Both the position numbers and the translations under genes were made by a program. Of a stretch of 64,000 nt of DNA, positions 28,901 through 36,465 are shown one piece after another. Position 1 is the first letter of the stretch. The number at the start of each line of letters is the position of its first letter. The notes beneath the pieces were generated by a model. The model saw nothing but the letters and a program-made list of their open reading frames with translations. It searched no databases and was not told the DNA's origin. The stretch is from a virus (Duplodnaviria; Caudoviricetes), in IMG/VR virus record IMGVR_UViG_2851924183_000002, positions 10,130 to 74,129 of that record, one strand, 5' to 3'.

Positions 28901-29072
28901 TGCTCCCCCTGTCTATTGATCATGGGTATATTTTCTAAAATATCTTTAACAAAATATAGGGTAGTGCGACTTTCAGTGTCGCACTACTTACTGATTTTAT
29001 GACGTTTTTAGTACGACTTTAGGCGAAGCCTTGAGCTTGGTTTAGTCGTGTTTTGGGTGGGTACACTCATGA

Positions 29073-29267
29073 TCAGCTCCCCATAAATAAAATAGAAAAG
29101 GTCATGACAGCCATGCTTAGAAATACTGTGGCATCGACAAAGTTTTTGAGGAGTTTTTGCTGTTTGAGTTTTCTTTGACGCTCGAGATATGCCTCTAGGT
29201 CATAGATAGGGGAATGTTCTTTTACTTTTTTTGAAGTGTGCGAATGCATTGAAGCGAATGTTTTCAT
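29073..29267 (-). CDS. C4-regulated small protein with C-terminal TM (icd/kil position)
   Basis: ATG 29267 with RBS overlapping the b2 target ACTAACAGG. Confidence 0.65.
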   Translation of the reverse strand: MKTFASMHSHTSKKVKEHSPIYDLEAYLERQRKLKQQKLLKNFVDATVFLSMAVMTFSILFMGS

Positions 29268-29325
29268 TGGCTTGTTCCTGTTAGTCAAGTTTTAAACCTG
29301 ACACCAACACTTTCCACGGTATTGG

Positions 29326-29401
29326 TGACAGACTGAATAGGGGTGGAAATACCGTACTAACAGGTAACGGCCAGCCGAAGCTGCCCTATCCAGCCTGCCA
29401 T
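29326..29401 (-). ncRNA. C4/CI-type antisense immunity RNA
   Basis: Outer stem GGCAGGCTGGATAGGG/CCCTATTCAGTCTGTC, CAGC-TTCG-GCTG hairpin, loops CCTGTTAGT and TTTCCAC complementary to flanking target pairs. Confidence 0.85.
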
Positions 29402-29582
29402 AAAAGGCACAGCCGAATTTTACGCAAAAAAATAGCCGCATGGGCGGACTTTTTACGCCTGTTAGTGTTTTTAGGTTTCCACGCCTAACCACAGATTTTG
29501 CTGTGGTAAATTTAGAGTAGCTTAGATACTATATGCGCGTCAATACTTTATAAAAAATTGTGATTTGGGTGGGGGGTTGGGG

Positions 29583-30623
29583 ATGGGTGAGGAATTAAAT
29601 TTAAGCTGTCATAATGATACTGAACGCTTCAATAAAATAAAGTCAGAACTTTCATCTTTGAAAGATTTAATATCTAAAACACTAGATAAAGTTTGTGTTC
29701 CTATTGATCAAGCAGGATATTTTGAAAAATTATTAATAGATATAGACGAGAAATTTAATGAAATTTTTGATTATATTGAAAGACTTAATGTAATTTCAAA
29801 AACACTTGAGATTGAAATTGAAAATCTTATTTCCTTAAGTGGAGAGGAGATAAAAAATATAAGTGATTTTAATCATTTTAAGGCTTTCATTCTTGAATTT
29901 AAAGTCAAAATTTTAGTTTTAGCTAGAAGTGTTTTGAAAGACTTTCAAATTCAGACATATAAGGATTATAAGGGGAAGTCAGAAGAGCTTGTTGACGTGT
30001 TAAAGTCAAAAGAGGAGATGCTAAGTCTTAAAATTAATCATCTTAATACATTGATAGATGATCAGAAAAATATTAAAGTCCATAAAATTTTTGAAGATGA
30101 TTCAACAAAATTTAGATTAATAGCACGCTTCTATGAATTTGCATTTTATTCAATAGTGGGTGTATTGATACTCTATTTTTTAGGCTTAACATTTTATGTA
30201 AATAATTTTAATTTTTTATTTATTGAAGCCGATTTTCCAGAAAAAATTCATGGCAAACTTTCGCCAGAGTTTTATATTCAAAAAGTATCCCTGCTAGTAC
30301 TTTCTACAACACTTGCGGCATTTCTTTTAAAACGTTCGTTTATGAACCGTCGTTTGGCTGATGATGCCTACCGCACAGCTAAAGAGTTAGATGCACTTCC
30401 ACGATATATGGAAGGTATGCCTGAAGAAATGAAAGAAAAAATTCGCTTTGACCTTGCTTATAAGTACTTTGGTAATAGTATTCACCACGAAAGTTATACA
30501 GGTGGTGAGAACTTGATGCATGAAAACATTAAAGCTAATACAGACTTTATTAAAGCAGTGAAGGATTTGTCGCCAAAGGCAGAAGCACCAAAGGATGATA
30601 AATCACCGAAAGATGCGGCTTGA
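29583..30623 (+). CDS. Coiled-coil + 2TM protein, paralogue 1
   Basis: Long helical N-terminus, two TM, RRLADDAYRTAKELDALPRYME...RFDLAYKYFG. Confidence 0.8.
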   Translation: MGEELNLSCHNDTERFNKIKSELSSLKDLISKTLDKVCVPIDQAGYFEKLLIDIDEKFNEIFDYIERLNVISKTLEIEIENLISLSGEEIKNISDFNHFKAFILEFKVKILVLARSVLKDFQIQTYKDYKGKSEELVDVLKSKEEMLSLKINHLNTLIDDQKNIKVHKIFEDDSTKFRLIARFYEFAFYSIVGVLILYFLGLTFYVNNFNFLFIEADFPEKIHGKLSPEFYIQKVSLLVLSTTLAAFLLKRSFMNRRLADDAYRTAKELDALPRYMEGMPEEMKEKIRFDLAYKYFGNSIHHESYTGGENLMHENIKANTDFIKAVKDLSPKAEAPKDDKSPKDAA

Positions 30624-30730
30624 TATTTTATATTTAGTGTTTGTAACTGATTTTATTATAGAAAAATTTTTAGCTTAGATGCTATACGAACTTCAATATT
30701 TTAAAGAATGTGACTTAAGTTGAATTTAAC

Positions 30731-31762
30731 ATGATAATAGATGAACCAATAAAGAATTTAATTCGTAATACTAGTAGCGATAATCAGAAACTAATAGAAA
30801 GAATTAAAGATGATAATATGAAGATAAAATCAAAAATTACTGTTGAAATTGAAAAGGTGATAGATTACTTAGAGGAATTAAAAGACGGTAAGCATATTGA
30901 TTATCAAGCCAGTGATAAATATCCTGATTTGTTTGATCTTAATAAACACTTGATAGGTGGATGCGTCAGGCAAGCCGCAAGGTTAAAAAGTATAATTGAA
31001 AGTATTGAAACAGATAGTGAAAACTTAGATTATTTATTTTCAATATCCCTTCCTTTAAAAACTGTAATCAAGGAGTATGATGAGGAAAATTACTATTTAA
31101 TGCCAAATGATTTGGCTGTAACGAATGCTAGTTTATTTTCTATGGAATCATTTATCACAGCATTAAAACGTGAAAAAGATAATTACAGTCGAGTAATAAC
31201 AGATGAAATTAGAAATATAATATTACATGCTGATGATGAAATAAGTAGATTTCGTCGTATTAGAAATATAGCAGATAATGCGAAAACTGAGAATATTTAT
31301 GATCAAGCTGTTACTAAATATCGTGGTTTAGAAAAAGATTATAGATGGTATTTCTATTGGGCACTTGGACTAACGGTAGCAATTTCGTTAGGGACATTTT
31401 TTCTAAAAAAAGTATTAATTCCAGCTTTTCTTGGAAATGTTGAGTTTTGGGTACTTAAGGCTTCAATAATAGTAGTCGGAGTTACTTTAATTACTTATTT
31501 TTTAAAGCAATCTACTCATTATCAGCGTCTTGCAGACCAAAACTACCAAACCCAAGTAGAGCTACAAGCATATCCAAGTTTTATGGAAAGCATACCAACT
31601 GAAGAGGCCGCTTCGGTACGTAAAGAACTTGCGCTGAAATACTTCGGTCGTGAAATAGATGGAGCTGCTCATAAAGATATGAGTAACCTGATCTCTGACC
31701 AATTGAAAAGCACAACAGAAATGGTGAAAGCTGCAACTGATGTGTTGAAAGTTAAGGGGTAA
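30731..31762 (+). CDS. Coiled-coil + 2TM protein, paralogue 2
   Basis: Same layout; QRLADQNYQTQVELQAYPSFME...RKELALKYFG. Confidence 0.8.
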   Translation: MIIDEPIKNLIRNTSSDNQKLIERIKDDNMKIKSKITVEIEKVIDYLEELKDGKHIDYQASDKYPDLFDLNKHLIGGCVRQAARLKSIIESIETDSENLDYLFSISLPLKTVIKEYDEENYYLMPNDLAVTNASLFSMESFITALKREKDNYSRVITDEIRNIILHADDEISRFRRIRNIADNAKTENIYDQAVTKYRGLEKDYRWYFYWALGLTVAISLGTFFLKKVLIPAFLGNVEFWVLKASIIVVGVTLITYFLKQSTHYQRLADQNYQTQVELQAYPSFMESIPTEEAASVRKELALKYFGREIDGAAHKDMSNLISDQLKSTTEMVKAATDVLKVKG

Positions 31763-31765
31763 GGT

Positions 31766-32524
31766 ATGGCTGCGAATGTTGATGCTAAAGTAGATTTTAC
31801 TGCTATTCTGAGTGAAATCATGAAAAGTGAATATGGTTTAGTTTTCATTTGCTCATTACTTTTTATAATTGTTCTAGCTGCATTTTTATACATGTTTGGC
31901 AAGTCAGGAATAATTTCACACTTTAAAGTCTACTCTGAATATAGTAATAAAAAATATCTGAGAGAAATTGAGCAAAAAGAAGACCTTTTGAATGATGAAG
32001 CATTAAGCGAATTTAAAGGCGATATGGAATACCATATCAAAGTTTCTAAACTTGAAAACTTCTTAAAATTTAAGAACAAAGATATAGATTTACTGAAATA
32101 TATTATTTCATGCAGGGATTCTCAAAGAGCAATTCGTCTGTACAAAAAAGGCTGTGAGTATTTAGAAAAAGATAAAGAGACAAAAACATATAAGTTAAAA
32201 CCTAAATATACGAAAGAGAGTATAGAACTCCAAGAAAAGAGAACTCCTTATATGTACTTTGGTATAAATGGTATAGGTGGCCTACCAATTTTTTTAAACC
32301 TTATTTCTAGTTTATTTCCAGAGCTTATTTCTTTTAATTTTAATGTACTTGAAAGCATTTCTTTCTTTATAGTCTTTTTTATCATATCGCTAGTGTATAC
32401 ATTCAGAACTTTGAAACCATTTGCCGCGCTTTACTTTTTAGAGATAGAAAAAATAGATGAAAGTCAGCAAGAAAGAAATATTGCTAAGAATCCTGTCTTA
32501 GTTAAAGAAAATAAGGTTGGATAA
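31766..32524 (+). CDS. 3-TM hypothetical membrane protein
   Basis: 252 aa, AT-rich, starts 3 nt after the previous stop. Confidence 0.75.
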   Translation: MAANVDAKVDFTAILSEIMKSEYGLVFICSLLFIIVLAAFLYMFGKSGIISHFKVYSEYSNKKYLREIEQKEDLLNDEALSEFKGDMEYHIKVSKLENFLKFKNKDIDLLKYIISCRDSQRAIRLYKKGCEYLEKDKETKTYKLKPKYTKESIELQEKRTPYMYFGINGIGGLPIFLNLISSLFPELISFNFNVLESISFFIVFFIISLVYTFRTLKPFAALYFLEIEKIDESQQERNIAKNPVLVKENKVG

Positions 32525-32537
32525 GGAGCGGTAAAAT

Positions 32538-32855
32538 ATGATTTACGCTTTGATGTTTGGCTTAGGTATTTGGTGTGCGATCCCAGTACTTATGATTTGG
32601 TATTTGCTACTACCGAAAACTTACTTCCTGACTTTTAATGGTGAGACACCTTCACGGATGTCTATTTTTACACACCATTTCTTATCGATCCTTACGCTGT
32701 TTATGATTCTCGGTTTAGGCATCGAAACGGCAGTTAAGTATCCTGAAGGCACGATCGCGCCAGTATTCTTCTTATTGTCCATTATTTTAACACTCATATT
32801 TTGCGTGTACTTTGGGCGCAATAAAATCAATTTGGGTGATAAGAGAAGAGTATAA
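32538..32855 (+). CDS. Small 3-TM membrane protein
   Basis: 105 aa, AAGGAG RBS. Confidence 0.75.
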   Translation: MIYALMFGLGIWCAIPVLMIWYLLLPKTYFLTFNGETPSRMSIFTHHFLSILTLFMILGLGIETAVKYPEGTIAPVFFLLSIILTLIFCVYFGRNKINLGDKRRV

Positions 32856-32981
32856 AAATAAACGTGAACTGAGTCGGAATTAGACTAAAGAGGGTTAAAC
32901 AATTTGTATTTTTGTAGATAAAAATAAGTAGCTTAGATACTATTCCCTTGCATTTAAAATTAATAATTAGGGGGAAGTATC

Positions 32982-33176
32982 ATGAGAAATATATCTAAAA
33001 AAATCTGTCTAGGTTTAATCCTTTCTGTGGGGTTTGCTTCTATCGCAGATGCAGGGCGTGGACGCCAACCATGCTCAGGTTCTAAGGGTGGAGTTAAACA
33101 CTGTACCGCAGAAGGAAAATTTATGTGTAGAGATGGTTCAGTTAGCCAGTCTAAAAAGAGATGCACAGGAAGATAA
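32982..33176 (+). CDS. YdcA-like secreted Cys-rich peptide
   Basis: Signal peptide plus [12 protein letters not shown]...[16 protein letters not shown]. Confidence 0.8.
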   Translation: MRNISKKICLGLILSVGFASIADAGRGRQPCSGSKGGVKHCTAEGKFMCRDGSVSQSKKRCTGR

Positions 33177-33191
33177 TTCTTAAGGAGAATT

Positions 33192-33467
33192 ATGATGGGT
33201 TTTAATTTTAGAAAAAGTTTTAAAATTGCACCTGGCGTAAAACTTAATGTATCCAAAAAAGGAATCAGTAGTGTTTCTTTAGGTGGAAAGAGTGCAAGGG
33301 TAAATTTAGGAAAGAAAGGAACTAGGACTACAGTCGGTATTCCTAAAACGGGTCTTTCATATTCTTCATATTCGCAGTATGTTCGAAGCAAACCTAAAAG
33401 TAAAAGCTCTGTTCATTGGATTTGGATTGGAATTATTGTTTTCTTTATTTTGATTTGGATTTTCTAA
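33192..33467 (+). CDS. DUF4236-domain protein with C-terminal TM
   Basis: GFNFRKSFKIAPGVKLNVSKKG...TVGIPKTGLSY. Confidence 0.88.
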   Translation: MMGFNFRKSFKIAPGVKLNVSKKGISSVSLGGKSARVNLGKKGTRTTVGIPKTGLSYSSYSQYVRSKPKSKSSVHWIWIGIIVFFILIWIF

Positions 33468-33531
33468 AAGCTCTTTACGAGCTTTTAGTTTTATAGATGT
33501 AGGAAATATTCTTGGGTAGATAATTCTAAAG

Positions 33532-33675
33532 TCACCACCATCTTAGTGCCGTAATAATATACGAACACCGCCAGATGATCATACATAAGATAATCAGAAA
33601 ACTAACTTTCCAGTAGCCATATTTTTCCATGATGACCTCTAAACTTTTAACGATTAATGCTATACTTTCAGACAT
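33532..33675 (-). CDS. 47-aa membrane peptide (type I toxin-like)
   Basis: MSESIALIVKSLEVIMEKYGYWKVSFLIILCMIIWRCSYIITALRWW; TAAGGA RBS inside a hairpin. Confidence 0.7.
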   Translation of the reverse strand: MSESIALIVKSLEVIMEKYGYWKVSFLIILCMIIWRCSYIITALRWW

Positions 33676-33748
33676 GATTTGATCCTTAGTTGGTGTAAGG
33701 CTTGAATACAGAAACCTCAAAGACTGTGAATCTTTGGGGTTTTGCTTT
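33672..33748 (+). ncRNA. Candidate antisense RNA over the RBS/start of the 47-aa peptide
   Basis: Extended -10 TGCTATACT (33658-33666) and terminator AAACCTCAAAGA-ctgtgaa-TCTTTGGGGTTT-TGCTTT with a G.U pair on this strand. Confidence 0.6.
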
Positions 33749-33865
33749 GTCTGGTGAGTCTATTTTTGAAAGAAGCATTTTTCACGGACTTCAATTTGTT
33801 AGAGGGGATAATACAAATTGACTTTTCTTATTTTGGAAATGAGCTTTCAAGTTGAAAACTTGCAT

Positions 33866-33946
33866 TTAATTTATGAAATATAAGAAATAAATACTGATAG
33901 AAATACAGCCAATCATAATGCCCATGAGAAAAGGGTAGATCCACAT
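33866..33946 (-). CDS. 26-aa hydrophobic peptide
   Basis: MWIYPFLMGIMIGCISISIYFLYFIN; starts immediately after the previous stop, GGGAG RBS. Confidence 0.45.
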   Translation of the reverse strand: MWIYPFLMGIMIGCISISIYFLYFIN

Positions 33947-34108
33947 TTAGATCTCCCTTGCTCGCACTTTATCAATACAACGTTCAATCATGCTGTGCTC
34001 TTGTTTTAGCAAGCTTTGCATACGAATGTATTGATAGTCCAAAATCATCCATAAAAGAACCAAAGCCACCACAAACAAAACAATAAAAATAATTCCAAAA
34101 TGAATCAT
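33947..34108 (-). CDS. 53-aa single-TM peptide
   Basis: MIHFGIIFIVLFVVALVLLWMILDYQYIRMQ...; ATGA overlap with the TraR-like gene, GGAG RBS. Confidence 0.6.
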   Translation of the reverse strand: MIHFGIIFIVLFVVALVLLWMILDYQYIRMQSLLKQEHSMIERCIDKVRAREI

Positions 34109-34305
34109 CGGTATAAACTCCGCTTTAACTCTAAATTACTCTGGCAAGCAACACACAAAGTCACTGCACCATACTTTTGACGTTCTGGTGGAATGTCATT
34201 CCCACATTCTTCACACTCAGAAAGTGAAGGCTGTGAATAGTCCTTAGGTTGGATACGAACCTGTTCTAGCTGGCGTTGTTGAGCGATATCTATAATATCA
34301 GCCAT
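34105..34305 (-). CDS. TraR/DksA C4 zinc-finger protein
   Basis: MADIIDIAQ...CEECGNDIPPERQ...CVACQ. Confidence 0.88.
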   Translation of the reverse strand: MADIIDIAQQRQLEQVRIQPKDYSQPSLSECEECGNDIPPERQKYGAVTLCVACQSNLELKRSLYR

Positions 34306-34573
34306 GACGACTCCGAAGCTGGCGTGCGTCATGGTTAATGATGTTTCTTGCAAGCGCACATTGTGAAAGAGGAAGCTTGATAGCGGGGTTAGGTGTAGCT
34401 GATGGGGAAATCGTGGCAGCCCATTCCAAATGAGCCCGACCAGTCCAACCACATTCAAGGTTTTGGCACTGTCCATAAAGTGTTTTTAAAAGCGGATTTT
34501 CAACTTGAGAATGCCGAATAATCACTTTAGATCCGCAGTGCGGACAAGCATTCTGATTTCTTGTATTTGCCAT
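34298..34573 (-). CDS. ogr: Ogr/Delta late activator
   Basis: CPHCG...YGQCQNLECGWT...ISPSATPNP. Confidence 0.93.
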   Translation of the reverse strand: MANTRNQNACPHCGSKVIIRHSQVENPLLKTLYGQCQNLECGWTGRAHLEWAATISPSATPNPAIKLPLSQCALARNIINHDARQLRSRHG

Positions 34574-34715
34574 ACGTGACCTGTTCTCGGTTTATCGTAC
34601 TTATTGTATAATAAAAGTATTATATATGGTGATTTAATGTTGATTTATGTACGAAATATCGTTATTTTAATTAGACCCTCTTGATAGCTGCTCAGTGAAT
34701 AACTGGCAGCTTTTT

Positions 34716-36023
34716 TTATTTTTCGCCTTTGGCTTTTTGAATACGAGCCCACTCCCGATTTAATGCCACTTGAGCCGTCTTTTTACTCTTATAAGTGCGT
34801 ACCAATATCAAAGGCTGGCTTTGGTCACCTACCGTCATAAGCTGAGGTTTAGGCTTTGCCGAATACCATGTTTTTACACCAGTATAGGTTTTATAGTTTT
34901 TCGCTTTTCTTTGCCCTGAACCTGTCTTGGTCTTTTTCTCTTGCTCAATTTTAGTCGTGTCATCAAACAGTATGGAAACATCGTCAGCATTAGGCAGTTG
35001 TACCTCTAGCTCTATACGTGTGGTATAGCCTGAAGATTCGTTTAAGTCATGGGTAATGGTTTTGCCTAGCCAAACGATTTCATCGATCTGAGCCTTTAAA
35101 CCCACAAATGAAAACTCTTGCTCCGGGAGTAAATCGGGTCGACCTTTGGCCAAGGTATAAGACAAAGATTGCTCAGCCCGTTTACATCGTTTTAATTCAG
35201 CTAAAGCGGCCAGTTCGGCTGTTTTCTTGTCACGGTGAATAAAGCGAATTTCTTTAGGGTTATCCGTATGACTACCGACAATCACATACAGCTTTTCACC
35301 CTTTTTCGGGCTGTGATAATAGGCTTTTACACACTCCACTTTGTCATGACTTTGCCCATAAGAATATGAGTGTTGGTCACCGTCAGATCTGACCAGTTCA
35401 ACTGCAGGTAGGTCGAGCCCTGAACTGGTCTGTGCCTCACCAATGGGAAGTAAAAGAAGGGTATTGTTTTTGACTGTTGCAATCGCATCGTGTTCATCGG
35501 CTATGCGGGTCATGATATTGGCATCGGAGTCATTCTGGTCGATATGTGAAACCTTACGACTGCTTAAACTGCTGTGTACCATCACTTTTAAACCATAGTC
35601 AAAGGCCAATGCCTGGAAAATTTCTGCTATGGTCTGTTGGTGGAACGATCGCTCTCGCTTTTGACGAAATGCTTCTGCAAGGTCGGTACTTTCAGCCGAT
35701 ATTCTCAGAACATCTGGGGCACCAGAATGTGAACCGCCCGTGACCAAATAAGACCCTTTATACATCAGGCCCGTGTCCGACCAACCGAGCCAAACTTTCA
35801 TTTCTGCACCGACAGAAGGAATTTCGAGCGCGTTGTCACTGTCGTCTAAAGTGAGGTCGACACTATCTGCCACCATTCCTCGGTTGTCTTGCAAACTCAG
35901 TCCAACGAGACGCGATGCCAAAGTCGATGAAATATCAATATCATTCACGGTAATGCGGTAAATAGCATGCGGATAGTTATTGAGGCTTGTATATTGCTCA
36001 GTGTTAGAGGGCATAAAACTCAT
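34716..36023 (-). CDS. Baseplate hub (P2 gpD) with C-terminal repeat
   Basis: LSLQDNRG..AD, HSGAPD, HIDQNDSDANIMTR. Confidence 0.92.
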   Translation of the reverse strand: MSFMPSNTEQYTSLNNYPHAIYRITVNDIDISSTLASRLVGLSLQDNRGMVADSVDLTLDDSDNALEIPSVGAEMKVWLGWSDTGLMYKGSYLVTGGSHSGAPDVLRISAESTDLAEAFRQKRERSFHQQTIAEIFQALAFDYGLKVMVHSSLSSRKVSHIDQNDSDANIMTRIADEHDAIATVKNNTLLLLPIGEAQTSSGLDLPAVELVRSDGDQHSYSYGQSHDKVECVKAYYHSPKKGEKLYVIVGSHTDNPKEIRFIHRDKKTAELAALAELKRCKRAEQSLSYTLAKGRPDLLPEQEFSFVGLKAQIDEIVWLGKTITHDLNESSGYTTRIELEVQLPNADDVSILFDDTTKIEQEKKTKTGSGQRKAKNYKTYTGVKTWYSAKPKPQLMTVGDQSQPLILVRTYKSKKTAQVALNREWARIQKAKGEK

Positions 36024-36460
36024 AAAATGAGACCCCCAAGACTTAACAATGCCTGACCTGTAGCACCCAACAGTTTCTTGGTAGTGTCTTCGGTGATGAT
36101 TAAAGAGACGCTAAACGTAATTTTTCGGGTACCGCCATTATGGAAAAAGTTGGAACGGGTTTCCTGAACGTCCTTAATAATCACCAACCCATAAATCTTT
36201 CCAGTCCCTTCAATTAAAATGTACTGCTTACCTGTGTCACCCATGTTGCGTAGCATATCGAGCGAGTTTTGGTAGCCCGTAATTTCAGGATAAATTACAC
36301 CGGATAAATTGATGGTTTCTTCATCTTTTCCAGTGAACTGATAGGCAGGGGTATTGCCCACACGGCTGTTACTTGGATGTCGCCAAGCCGTTGAGCGCTG
36401 TAGCTCTTGATAAGATGCGGTCGAGAGTTGAAATACGAATAAACCAAGTGCCATCATCAT
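36020..36460 (-). CDS. Tail protein (P2 gpU)
   Basis: MMMALGLFVF...YQELQR...WRHPSNSRVG. Confidence 0.93.
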   Translation of the reverse strand: MMMALGLFVFQLSTASYQELQRSTAWRHPSNSRVGNTPAYQFTGKDEETINLSGVIYPEITGYQNSLDMLRNMGDTGKQYILIEGTGKIYGLVIIKDVQETRSNFFHNGGTRKITFSVSLIITEDTTKKLLGATGQALLSLGGLIL

Positions 36461-36465
36461 GTGTC

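Noticed and set aside
29292-29492. 66-aa ORF as a protein gene
   Set aside because: It overlies the C4 RNA and its targets and has no clear RBS; better explained as non-coding
32960-33391. 143-aa minus-strand ORF
   Set aside because: Antisense shadow of the YdcA-like and DUF4236 genes
34306-34476. N-terminal extension of the 34105..34476 ORF
   Set aside because: Overlaps ogr in another frame; the TraR-like protein starts at 34305 with a GGAG RBS
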